A DNA stretch of 64,000 bases from Camelus dromedarius. Taxonomy: Eukaryota. Under the pieces are notes generated by a model. That model did not search any database, was not told the DNA's origin, and saw only the letters and a program-made list of their open reading frames with translations. Shown here in pieces: positions 38,101 to 50,839 of the stretch. Numbering within the stretch: position 1 is the stretch's first letter; every line of letters starts with the position of its first letter. Location of the stretch: the NCBI RefSeq assembly GCF_036321535.1, contig NC_087436.1, positions 64,916,001-64,980,000 of the forward strand. The letters run 5' to 3'. The position numbers were made by a program, and so were the translations under genes.

Positions 38101-39570
38101 TTATTGTTTTCAATATGCTGCTAAATCCATCCAGTGCAGTTTTTCATCTTAGATAATACACTTTCCATCTTTGATATTTCCTATAGGTTCTTTTTTTTAC
38201 ATTTTCCATGTTTTTGCTTAAATTCTGCTTATTCATATATTCTTTTTTTCCTTTAATTTTTTTACACATAATGATAATTGCCATTCAAAATCCTTGTTTA
38301 TCAGTTCCAATATCTGGGTCTTCTGGCATATTTCTCTTGGCTGCTTCCTCCCACCATCCCCCATTCATATGTTATATTTTCATTCTTTTCTGCTCTTCAG
38401 TGATTTGTTATAGGCTATATATTGTCAATGCTATGATATAGGGAATTTTGCTTATTTTGTCTTCTCCTAAGGGTGTTAAACTTGTTCTAGTAGGCAGTTG
38501 TTTATAGGGGGATCTTTTGGTATCATCAGAAATGACTTTATTTTTTTGTGAATGATAATTTCATTTTTGTCCTAAAGCATGCCCATTAGCGTAGAAAGCA
38601 TTTATCATTCTTGATGTGTGACCATCCCGGGGTTTCAACTGAAACTAGGTACTTAGGGAGTTCTCTGGCTGGGCCAGAACTTCAGTACTTCACAGCACTG
38701 CATGACCTCTGGTATCTTAGATCTGTTCTTACTTAGTCTCTTACTTAGTGTTCTTAGTGCTCGCAGGATCTTATTCTGTTGTTAAGCACCTGTCCAAAGA
38801 CTTACAGTAAATCTCCACACAGATTTGGATGTCTTCTTCTAATAATCAGATCACTGGGAGAATTTAGTTTTTTGCAACTGTAGGACTGAGGTCCCTGCTT
38901 CCTTGTTGACCATCAGCCAGGGACCACTCAACTCCTAGAAGCTGCTTATATTCCTTACCAGGTTCCCACAAAAGACATTTTACAACATGGCTGTGGCTTT
39001 TCTTTTCAGCTAGAAGGACTATCTCTTTGCTTCCTCTGTGGCTAGCTAGAGAAAACTGAGGAACTCGCCTAACCAGGTCAGGTTCATCCCAGGTAATCTT
39101 TCTTTTTCAAAGTTAAATGTGCTATGTAACAACCTGATCTTGTGAGTAAAATATATTATATTCACAATCCTAATGCCTACGAAAACATTTATACCAAGAG
39201 ACAGGGACCATGGCGTCATTTTAGGGTTTTGCCTACCACACCCTCAATGTATCTCCCTTCTCTCTGATACTGTACCCTGCAAATTCTATCCTCTTCTGCT
39301 GTCCAACTTGCTTAGCTTACTGAGAATCCCATGCTGTGCTTAGACTCCATCTCTCTGCACTGTGGTGTGGGACACACCCCTAGGCAGAAAGCTGATGCAA
39401 ATGTAGGGTTTACCTTATATGTTTTCTTCCTTCAAAGATTACTTTACTGTACTGCCTTTTACCCCATGCTTGAAAACAGTTGACTCATGAATTTTGTTTA
39501 GCTTTTTAGTTCTTTACCTCAGGAGGGCAAGTCTGATTCCAATTATTACACCATAACTTAAAGAACAATG
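35155..39570 (-). mobile_element. Ancient L1 (L1MC/MD/ME-like): 5' end, ORF1 relic, ORF2 start, then 3' end; interrupted by an MLT1 fragment
   Basis: 3' end motifs at 35155-36030; EN-region motifs at 36100-37100 (tgaaatttattgagac, ccaatctgacaacctc); ORF 37700-38008 contains TPRCIIGKLPKTYDKADRIKTAK, like L1 ORF1p TPRHIIxKL..KEKILKAAR; 5'-end motifs at 39300-39570. Confidence 0.75.
38845..39240 (-). mobile_element. MLT1E-like MaLR LTR fragment
   Basis: tgtaggactgaggtccctg...tcagccagggacc...ctcaactcctaga; ends gcctaccaca. Confidence 0.7.
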
Positions 39571-39879
39571 GGAAATACTTTTTCAAAGAGATGAAAAATG
39601 CAAATGTCTGAGAAAATGCATACCAGGGACAAGTAACAAGAAGTATATACTTGTTGCATATTATCCAATACGTTATCCAAATAGGATTAAACACACACAC
39701 CCCATTATAGAAGAGATGATATCCCTTTGGGAATGTAATTTGTATAAGGAAGTTGAATCACTTGGGAAACTTTATTTTCCAAGTGCAATCTTAGTGGGTA
39801 TCAACCACAAGAGATATTTCTGAATATATACACTATCAGATAGAACACAAACACCCCTCTCTTTGTTACTTGTGTGCAC

Positions 39880-41140
39880 TGCTTAGGTAATCCATTCAGT
39901 CCTATGGCTCAGACATTATCTTATGCTCAAAGGTAAATCTTATTAAATACATTTCTTCAACCTTCTTTTTTCTCTATGACTTTTTGGCTAATAGATCTGA
40001 CTCTCTACTCAACATATTATCTTGCTCAACTGAGAGGCAAATCAAAATTAACATGTGCAAAGTCAACTTTTGATAATCTCCACCCAGCCACCTCAAAAAA
40101 GAATTTATCCTCCCTAAGTCGTCCATATTTTAGTAAATAATCCATTCTCTCTGTTGCTCAGACTAAGAACCTGGAGAAATCCTTGACTTCTTTCTTTCAC
40201 AATTCATCATGCTAATAAGCAAATCTTACTATCTTTGCTTTCAATCTTGAATCCTTTGAAGCAGCAAGATTTGTTAGCTCTATTTCAAAATGTATTCCAA
40301 AATTTTACCACTTCTGATCCCCTCCAGAGCTACCTCTCTGGAGCAAAATCACCAAACTCTCTTACCTTTATTACTACAATAGACTCCAAACAAGATGACT
40401 GTTTATAGTCTAGACCCTAGCCCCAACAGTCTCTTCTTACAACAGTCAGATGATCCCTTAAAAAAATAAATCATAATTCCCCTGCTCCAAACCCTCCTCT
40501 GTTTCCCTATCACACCTAGAAAAAAGCATGCCAATCCTTAGTAAGATTTACAACAACCCAAGTGGTTCACTCAGATCTACTTTTCTAACCTTAACATCTA
40601 CCAGTTTCCCTCTGCCTTGCTCTGTTATAGGCACACTGATCTCCTCACTGTTCCATCCATAGCACCTTTACATCTGATACTTACTTTCTTTGGAAAGTTC
40701 TTCCCAGAAATTCATACAGTTTTCTCCCTCACATCCCTAAGGTTTCTGCTCTATAAATAGGCTTATCATGACACCCTTCCTAAAGTAGCAGTCCTTCCAC
40801 TGCTTTATTTTTCTCCTGCTATTTGTCACCCATTTTTTCTCATTTTTTTAAAAATTGAAGTATAGTTAGTTTACAATGTTGGGCCAATTTCTTGTGTAAA
40901 GCATAATAGTTCAGTCATACATATACCTACCTATTTGTTTTCATATTCTAGTCACCTGTTTGACATCCAGTTATACCTCAATTGATTATCTGTCTATTAT
41001 CTTCCTTTCCCACCACCATGTAAGGTCACTGAAGGCAGGGACCTTGTCTGTCTTGTTTGGTTTTGCATCTCAAGCAACTTTACCACTGTCTGTTGGTATT
41101 AGGCAGTCAGTAAATAACTTAGCACGTGAATGACTAAATG
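39880..41140 (+). mobile_element. L2 LINE 3' region, interrupted by a short L1 3' end
   Basis: ttgctcagactaagaacctggag...ccttgacttc, ccctgctccaaaccctc, gaaggcagggaccttgtctgtcttgtt...cagtaaata. Confidence 0.8.
40836..40950 (-). mobile_element. Heavily 5'-truncated artiodactyl-type L1 3' end
   Basis: ttgaagtatagttagtttacaatgtt...ttcagtcatacatatac...ttttcatattct; TSD GTCACC(CA/TG)TTT at 40825-40835 and 40951-40961. Confidence 0.8.
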
Positions 41141-43999
41141 TTTTGCTGCTACAGAAACTATCTTCTCACTTATGTGACCATTGAGAATCAGATAACTTAC
41201 TCTCTGACAAATTGGGGTTAGTTTCTAGGTCAAAGAGCAATGATCGAGCTTGATGTTTAAATAAAGAAGCCTTTAAAAAAGAATTTGTAGACACTGCATT
41301 TTTCTTTCCCTCTTTGTTGCAGACATGCAATATATCACTTGGAAAGAGCACACATAGCTGTTTTATTTTGTTTAACATAATAGGTACAGACTAGTAATGC
41401 CATATGTTTCATGAGAATGGTGGTGCCATGATTTTTAAGACCTATATAAAGAATTTTCTAGAAAGTTTTCCAGCAACTATTCCCAATCAGGGAATGGCTG
41501 CTCTCCAATATTATCTCTCTCTCTTTAATTAATAAACTTGAACTATTATTGCTACTGTCAAACACAGATATGTATATCTGGCATGTTCTTTAAATAACAA
41601 AATGTTGATCCCCAGGAGAGTTCATGAGATACAAGACAGATCTGGAGTCACCATAGGTTAAATTATCTCTTAGAGAGAGCTTCCTGTTTGTAAGATCAAG
41701 TCTTAAGTGGTGAAGTGAGTACAATTTAAATTTATTAATTTTTCCTACTGTTGGCATTATTACATTTTTCTTTTTTCCCAAATGAAACACTTCACTAAGT
41801 TTATTGCATTTGCTAATTAGGTTAGCAATCACCAATTAAGTTAAATTTCAAAGTACCAATCAAATTTTATGTCTTAATTTGTCACATTATCATTTATTAG
41901 AATAGCAGTTTTTACTTAATAGATTATGTATAAATTAAGATATTCAGCCCATTTTTTAAAGCCTACATATATTTTACTAATTGACATAGTAATAATTAGC
42001 TTATATTTAAATTTAATATGTCAAATTAGTAAAAAGTCATGTAACAGTTCAAGTCTGTGTGAAATACAGGAAAGATGATTAGGATAAACAAGAGTTAATT
42101 GAATTCAAAATTGCCCACTTTCATCCAAATTTGAGTTGAGATGAGCAATGCTTTGGAAAACATATGTCATCATGGTTTTGAAGACAGATATACTAAGTCC
42201 TTTAATAAGAATAAGAACAAACAGAGCTTCAAACATATTAATAATACTCACAGAACGCTTTTTAGGAATATGGTCCTTTTATCTGGCAGTTAGTGATTTA
42301 TATACTTTTGGTGGACAGTAAGTGAGGGTGCATTGGCTCTGCCAGAGGCATGTTAATGAGATTACAGTTTTTAAAGTTTTCATTGGATTTTGACATCTGG
42401 ACTTTGAAAATTGTTCAAATATCGATTTCTTTTTACTAACTTTTAATAACATTGTGAACAATTCTACTGCCAGATGTTTTCTTACTATCATATTAGAGAT
42501 ATATCAAAGAAAACAAACAAAATCTTACTAGTGTGATAAAATAGATGTGTATCTGTAGTAAAGACAATATTCTATGAAATGACTATAAAGTGCCTCATTA
42601 TTTTAACAACTTAACTACATTTACCACATTAACTACATTAATTAAGGTTAATATGCTTTTGTCTGACTATACTTAGCCACATTTAATGATTATTTTAGTC
42701 AGGCACGAAAGTTTGTATTGTTGAGCATAGTTCTCTAGTCCTGTGCCAAAGAGGAGAAGGTAGAAAGAAATACTTTAGTCAATTATAAACTTGTATAAAT
42801 TCTGAAATTGCATTCTGGCGCACAAGACTGTTAGTTAATGCACTCTAGCTCTTTGGTCTTGGTTATGACCCCAGTACAGTAAAAGATGATGCAAATTTAT
42901 AAATTAGGAAGTCCATGTATTTTAAGGAGCTAATAATTAAAAAGGAGGCCTACTAACCAATTTGGGTAGCATGAATAACTCTCTGTTCTCTGTCTCAAAC
43001 CACTTATTGTGTATATCTAGTCCTGAGTTGTTGATATTTGCATATCTGTGTTTTTGCAGAGGGGTCTTTTATGAAATCCATCTAAAAATCTGACTTGCAA
43101 ATGGATAAGCAGTAAGTCTGCAATCAACTCTCTCCTTTTAAGGGAAACTTTCCCTGAGAAAGAAAGAAGTTGACCCAGTCTAACCTTTTAAGTATGTGAA
43201 TGACAAAACTTTTGACAAACAAACCAGTGATACTTGCTAATGGGATAGTTCATTTCCACAGGATACTTTTAGCAGGTTGGACCAGGTTGACTATAACAGG
43301 TTATGGTAAAACAAACAAACAAACAAACAAGCGAAACCAAAAAAAAAAAAAAAAAAACCCCAAAAACCCAGAGTTTTTAATTTATGGGGAAGTTCTCTGG
43401 AAGGAAAAGGTCCTGTAAGCTATGTAGCTGTCTGAATAGAAAGTGCAGATGTTTTATGGCCAGACAGTTCTACTGTGTATGGTATATAGTTGTATACATT
43501 ATCCTGGGGCTCTCCTTGGTGGCCTGTGCCTTGAGATTATTCTTTACATCAAAACTATTAGTAAAGCTATATTACTGGGTCAGATCTCTAATTCATGGGA
43601 GTGAGATTTGACAATCTGACTTTTTGTGTTACCATAGTATACATCTAATACTTTAGTTTAAATACACGACAGACTAAGTATTAAAAAAACTATGGTTGGA
43701 TGAAAAATACAAGTCACAGCCACTGAAAGTGGCTATTATGTAAGCATACGGGAGAGTGATAGGATCCTGGTCTTGGGCACGAATAGTCCTAAAAATTTAT
43801 CCTTTATTTCTTACGAATCTAATAGTTAATGCAATCTAGAAATTCTTTGTCTATTAAACCTAAATACAGATTAGTTCAATTTTTATTAGAATTTGTGAAA
43901 GATGGATTATAATAAAAAAGCCATTAGCCTTTTTATTTTTTCACTTTGTTTGGACAGAGGGTAAAGAAGTAAGAAAGGAAAAACTCAAAAGTATTAATT

Positions 44000-45450
44000 T
44001 GCACTCAACTATTTCAATACTGTTATAACATACTCCCATCTGCTTTAGGTTTTGATCTTCTCTTTAATTTTACTTTTATTATTTTATGGCCTTCTAGTTT
44101 TTTCTTGTACTTTTAGTCATAGACTGTTTTCTCTTAATCATATTCACCTGCATATTTCTCTCCCTACAAATAGCTTATGTTACATTTCTGCATGTGTCTT
44201 TCTAGATGTTTATGTCTCTACACATGCAGAAACTTTTACATTTCTTTATTTCTTCTTTATTTTTTCTAAAGCCCAAAATGTGCCATTTTATTAAGTAAAA
44301 TGCTTTTTTCCTTTTAACAAATTATATTTACTATCAATAAATATGAGCTCTTTAAAAAAATAGCTTAATATTCAGGAAAATTCCACAATTTTGATTTTGA
44401 TGATTTTCCTTAAAATCATGACTACTTTCCAGTCTCTTTCCTTCTGCCTTCCTCCCACCCCTGCCTAGCTCTCCCCAACAGAAGGATCTATCTGATAGGT
44501 AAAACTGGGAAAAACCCAGCAGGCTCCCGAGAATGTGGAGTCATTTTCTATTTCTTCTTGCTCTAAGTGTTCATAGTATGTCTCTTAAGCCTTCAGGGAG
44601 AAGTTTGCCTGAGACTAGTTATCAAATAGTTGACTGATATGTCTAACTCTGGGATTCACTGTTGGATTGAATATGTTACTCTCAAGTTAGGGCATATAGC
44701 CTAATTTATTCCTTATTGATGTTAATGATAATAATATTGCACTGAAATATCAATCTTTTCAGGAATAAAGTGTGGAAAAGGGTGAGGAATCTTATTACTA
44801 GATTCCTTGAAAGACCTCAATGAATCATTATTTAACCTATCAGTTGACAATTAGGTTGGTTCTAGATTTCTATGTTTATAGTAAGTTGATAATAAACATA
44901 TTTGTAGCTATATTTTTGTGTATTTGTATGATTTTTATCTCTAGGCTAATTTTCTAAAATTGAAATTGCTGAGCCAAATATTTTTCCACATTAAAAATTT
45001 AATAGATATTTCCAAGGTATGTCTAGAATTTTCACTAATTTATATTCACAGCAATGTATGAAATGATTTTTTCTACTGTGACATCTGAAAAGTTGATTAT
45101 TCATTTTATTTTCATAGGGTTGAGCAAAATACCATACATTTATCATTATCTGTTTATTTTTCTGTAAATTTCATATTTATATCCTATAACATATTTTTCT
45201 TTGGAAAAATTTATTTGTAAAGGCTTCTTTTATATTAAAGAAATTTATTCTTTCTCATCATATATATGCAAATAGTATTTTTTTGAGTTGTCATTTATTT
45301 TTTACTTATTCTTTATGTGTGTCTTTAATATGCATATGTTCTTCGTTTCTCTGTAGTTAAAATTCTTACTATTTTCTTTTATGGCTTCAGAACATCAGAT
45401 TAGAAAATCCTTTATTCTATCCACTTTAAAATTATACAATAGCTACCATT
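44000..45450 (-). mobile_element. Decayed L1ME fragments (discontinuous)
   Basis: ttaggttggttctagattt...aataaacatatttgtagct...gaaattgctgagccaaa. Confidence 0.55.
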
Positions 45451-46369
45451 TTCTTAACTTCCACAATTTTATCTGCATTGAATGGGAAAATGGGGTGATG
45501 TGGTGAACCTGGCTGTTTTCAAATTTACCTTCCTATAGAAGTTGAATAGTATTTGAGAATGGACCAGAGATAGCAGAAAGTGAAGTAGGTTGAGCCATAT
45601 TAAGCTGCTAAAAAAGCCAAAAACAAATGCAGGAGATAGTGCATAAAAAAAGAAATCTTGGAAGAACACAGGGGTCAGAAGTATCTGTGATAGGGAGGAG
45701 TTGATAAGCTTCTCTGAAAAAGGGTGATTCAAAAGATTGAGTGTTTCCTGCTCTGTAATGTAGCTCCAGAAGGAAAAGGCCGGTAATAGGTGGTATTTTC
45801 CTTAACACTGAATGATGGGAAGATTGTATCTATTTTCATGTCTATTTGCTCTGATTTCCAAAACAGCTTTAAACATAATGCTCTACTTTACTTGTAGCTC
45901 ACTTACCAATACTTCAGACTTATTCAAGCATAAGGAATACCTTAACATCCCACATGTTCTTAGTCCCTGCTAGTAAATAATGCAGTAAATGTTATTTTCA
46001 AATATGGAATACTAAAGTCTGATCTGTAATCTATCATTGAAACTTTAAGTTGGAGTTAGCTCTAGAGTCAAAATAGATTATAATTTTTAAAATTTTTAAT
46101 CAATTTAATACTTTTTATTGACAATAAAATGAGTTAACATTAAAATTTATAATTTTAAAGTCAGGTGTTTTGCATTCATTGAACTAAAGGTTTAAATATA
46201 TTTATTAAATATCTTTATCAAGCTCTAGGAGTTTTAGAGGGAAATTTGTATGACTTTGGTGAGTGACAGGAATCAATATAGAAAAATCAAAAGCAGTTTA
46301 GGGAAGGTAGACATCATTAGCTATTTAGAACTAATTTTATCATTTTTTTAACGTTATTTTATTTTGGTA

Positions 46370-47335
46370 TCAGAAACCACAAAGTGTTACATAACAAGAA
46401 ACAGAATAAATATTTTAAATGTATATGACAACTAGAGGATTCATATCCCTAGTACAGAGAATATCTCAAAGTGATAAGAAAAAGGCCAGTCCCTTCCTAA
46501 ACTGGCAAAATATTTCAGTAATCAATTGAAATTAGTGGGCAACCTAATAGCCAAAAAGGGTGTGACAGGAATGTAAAATATTTTTGATTAATGTCTATAT
46601 TAATGAGATTTATTTTATTTTATTTTACACGTCATTTTGAAAAACAAAACAAAACTACAGCCTCTGATTCTGGTGACTGAATAATTGACACTCGCACATT
46701 GCTAATAGCAATAATAATTGCTATAGCTTTTATGAAATATAAATTGCCTCTACCTTTAACATTTAAAAAAAAAAAAAAAGAGCTAACACCTACCATTTTC
46801 CCTAGAAACTCTACTTTTGGAGACCTATCACATAGAAGTAAGAACATATATGGATACATGTTAGATTAAGAGAGAGAAAGATGTATATGTATACATATAC
46901 ACATAAACATATATATACATATGTACACGTATATGGTGATAAATAGACATATAGAAATATATTGCAACATTGGTTTCCGGAAAAGATACTGGCAAATAAT
47001 TGGACGTCTATCAGTGCTTACCGAGACAGGAATCATTAGTGTCATGTAAAGATATTGCATAATATTGTGAACCTACTACCAAAAAAGAGGTAGCTCTGTA
47101 TCTATTGACCTGCTACACTGTAAATTTAAAAAAGCAAACAATTTGAGAATAATTGAAAAGTAGGATTACAGAAACAAAATGTCTTAAGTGTGTGTGTATG
47201 TATTAGTGTTATGGAAGGAAATACATCAACCTGTTTATATTTTTTAGAAAGTAGGTGGAGAGGAGATTTAAAGTTAGGAATTCTAGAGCAGCTACCTGCA
47301 TTATGCATAGCTTAAATGTTTACGGAGAATGGATT
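46370..47335 (+). mobile_element. Decayed L1ME 3' fragments with an internal (TA/CA)n
   Basis: atatgacaactagaggattcatatccct, actctacttttggagacctatc. Confidence 0.5.
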
Positions 47336-48711
47336 TCTACTATTGTAAATATTAAATAAAAATCTAATATGAGAAATGTGGTTATAAAAGATCATTGTTA
47401 TAAAGTAAATAATTAAGAATGTTAAAACAAAAATTTTTAAAAAACCATCACCATTATTACAAATGGTTTTGGGTCCCTAACTTTATATCTTTTATTTTAA
47501 AAATTTCACTCAGAAAATAAGAAGTTAATAAATAATTCTATCATGAACTGGCCATTACCATCGACTATTTGAGTTATAAAAATTTAAACATGTATGCTGC
47601 TATTGTGAATTACAAGACAAAAATACGTTTAACTTACATAGAATTGTTTCCCAATCTGTGGTGGAATGCATCCATCCTCACATTATTTTTCAAATTAAAT
47701 GTAAAATGTATATATAGTTAATGAGTTAACAAGGTGCTGCTTGCTAAGATCAACTCAAACAAATTAGGGAACAAATGTATATATAAACAGATTATCATTT
47801 TGAACTAGATTTTCTTCTAGTTAGGATGATTTTAAGTGATAAATAATTCTCTGAAATGAAAGTATATATCTAGACATTATTGATATTCTAGTTTAGTAGT
47901 ATAAAGTATTTTTAAAGCAAATGGAATCCTTCCTTCCCTGGGGCATCATTAGTCACAGTCTCGATTCAGATAGGTCTCAAGCTGGCTCAGTTGAGAACAC
48001 TACCTAGAGATACTGGGGCTTCTGCCACTACTGCCACCTGCTCCGACACTTTTACTAAGTACTATGACCCTAAGGGGACAGAGGAAAGAGGAAATATAGT
48101 AAAACATAGATACAGCAAAAGTTTATCCCAGTCACATCCAATCTGAATGACAGATAAAAGTAGAACTGATTTGCTGTTCTCCAGAGCACCTTTCCCCAAA
48201 GTGCCACATATCAGCACTTTCAAAAGTAATATGTTGACAGGATAGTTATTAAAACTATAAAAGTAGAGGAAGTGTGTAAAAGTAAAACCTGGGGGCTGTC
48301 AGAGGATTATGCTGTTCATACTGGCCTCTTCCCAACCAGCTGAGACCTGCCCCTTGGCTTGGTTCCTCTGATGATGAAACCCCGTCTCTCCTAAATCCTC
48401 CCACCTCTCCCCAACACAAACACAACAAAGGAATCTGGGGCTCCACGGAGCTCAGTTAAAAAAACAAAGCACAAAAATCAGAGTTTAATTTTTAGGCCCA
48501 ACAAATAATAGTTTGTAAAGTTTTTTGATTTAGAGAAATCTGAAATTGCAAATGGAGTTTGGAGAAATGTGAAATTACAAATGTTTACATGGGAAATCCC
48601 CCTTTATTATTAACTGCTTTCAACTCACATTCTCTGTAGCTTATTAGATTGATGACTGACTTACTGACTTATTCATTCATTCATTTATTTATTCATTAGA
48701 TAAAAGTTCAC

Positions 48712-49250
48712 TGTATATATTAACCAAGAATTCTCCAGAAAAACAGAACCAATAGGACACACACACACACACATTAATGTGTGTTTATATGCATATCTGT
48801 ATCTGTATCTATATCTATCTGTAGCTGTCTCTGTCTCTATATCTATCCATCCATCCATCCACTCATCCACCCATCCATCTTTCTATCAAGAGAGATTTTA
48901 AGGAAGTGTCTCATGCAATTGTGAACTCTAGCAAGTCTGAAATATTTTTGGCATCCTGGCACGCTGGAGACCCAGGAAAGAGTTGATGTTTCAGCTCCAG
49001 TCTGAAGACAGGCTGGACTCAGGCTTCCTTCCTGTTTGAAGGACCTCAGTCTTTTTTTTCTTAAGGCCTTCAACTGATGGGATGAGATTCACACAGATTA
49101 TGGAAGGTAATCTGCTTTAGTCAAAGTCTACTGATTTAAATGGTAATCATATCTAAAAAATTACCTTCACAGCAACATCAAGACTGGCATTTGACCAAAC
49201 ATCTGGGCGCTGTAGCCTAGTCAAGTTGACACAGACATTTAACCATCACA
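48712..49250 (-). mobile_element. MLT2-family (ERVL) solo LTR with internal (CA)/(TCTA)/(TCCA) repeats
   Basis: ttctccagaaaaacagaaccaatagga...aaggccttcaactgat...aaagtctactgatttaaat...ttaaccatcaca. Confidence 0.85.
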
Positions 49251-50199
49251 CTGAGTTTCAAATACAAAAAGCCTAAAAATATGAGTACATAACCTTGTGG
49301 TAGAGATGGAAAATGAAGAAAGTGGAGGTGAGGGACAGAAACAAGGTTAACTAACTAGACTGCAATAGGAGAAGCAAAGTAACAGATACTTACAAATGTC
49401 AAGAGAGCTGAGCTTAGGAAGTGAATAATTTTGCCTGAGTGAAAAAGAGGTGCATTGATGCTCAAGATGCCTTCCTCTTGTCCAGAAAATTTGGCCCAGA
49501 AGAGCAGTTGCTCTAGTCAAAAAGAAATTTAAGGAGATGTGTGAATCTCCACCTTGGGGCTCATGTGGATCTTGCTCTAGGCTCAGTTCCAAAATATTTG
49601 CAAACTTAAGCTGGGATTCAGTTTTACAGTGAAACTTAATATGCATTGGGATCTTTCTTAGTTTGAGGCATTGTCTTTAAAAATCTAATTCTCCCAGGTA
49701 GATTTTACTTTATAAGCATTGTATATGACTATTTGTTTGAATAATGTGCAGAGTCTTTGGAAGTCTGTTTTTAACTGCTTTAGACAGTGAGCTATGCAGT
49801 TTTTCCATCTGAAATTCTCATAGCAGTATCTTTGCTTCAGCAAATTGCAGTTTTTTGTTTCAGAGTTTTGGCAGTTAAACTCACTCTGAGCACAGTGGGT
49901 TGTCTTCCTCCAGCACACTGCATTAGAGAAAGAGTTCTACACCCTGAGGGTTTTTAGAGTTTCTTTGTTCAGCAAAGAATTGAATCATATTCCTAAAAGG
50001 GGATCTATTTCTTTTAAGGCTTAATTTAAATGATCATTGACAAATCAAGCTAGACACTAATTAGCTCTCCTATTGAAATTAATGTATTTTATATGTATTA
50101 ATGTGAATATCACAGGAGACACACTGTCGATCTAGATCTCATAAAGGAATGTTACATACCTTCCAAATAATTTGTACTGGCAAAGTGTCTAGAATCCTA

Positions 50200-50540
50200 T
50201 CTCATCCTGAACTAATCTCCTTGCTATTTTGTTTTGGAAACATTGGCCTTCTAGTTCCCTGATCTCTTCAAGACTTTTCTTGTCTTGAGGTCTTCCTATT
50301 TCCTGTTCCACTGGACCTGGAAAACTGATTTCCTGCTTCTCCCATGACCTGCATTTCCTCATCCTTCAAGTCTTAACTTCTATTTTTACCTCCTAAGGGA
50401 ATCTGTCTTTGGCCATCCCTGCAGTGGGAGTCCCCACTACCCATTCTCATCTGTGGTCTATTTTTCTCTATCACAGTACATTGTTTATTTCTATCAGGGC
50501 CTGTAAGTAATCTTAAATTATTCTGCATATTTATTTATTT
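50200..50540 (+). mobile_element. L2 LINE fragment
   Basis: tggccttct...cctcatccttcaagtct...tttatttatt. Confidence 0.6.
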
Positions 50541-50839
50541 ACTCAAATCGAGTCTGTTTTCCCTGCTAAGAAGTATGCTTTATTAGAATAAGGAACTTGC
50601 CTGCCTTTTTTTTCACAGCTGCATCCTTTGCCCAAAATGTGAACATATTTATGTTTCCTGATGAAATACTGGAAGCAGAACATGACAAAGTTCATAACAG
50701 TCAAACAAAATGTTATTGAAAGTAAGTTTCTTAGGAAAAAGTTGGGTATGTAATAAAAGCATCCTTCCTGCTTTATTTTAAATGAAATGTCAATAATGAT
50801 GCACATCAGACTCCTAAGTATATGTGAAATAAATGGTCG

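Noticed and set aside
41166..42491. Minus-strand 70-81 aa ORFs as coding exons
   Set aside because: No recognisable homology and no consistent splice phases between them.
45907..49434. Two minus-strand mini-exon candidates (~45907-45967 and ~49394-49434)
   Set aside because: Plausible AG/GTAAGT ends, but unrecognised peptides; this density of pseudo-exons is normal in mammalian non-coding DNA.
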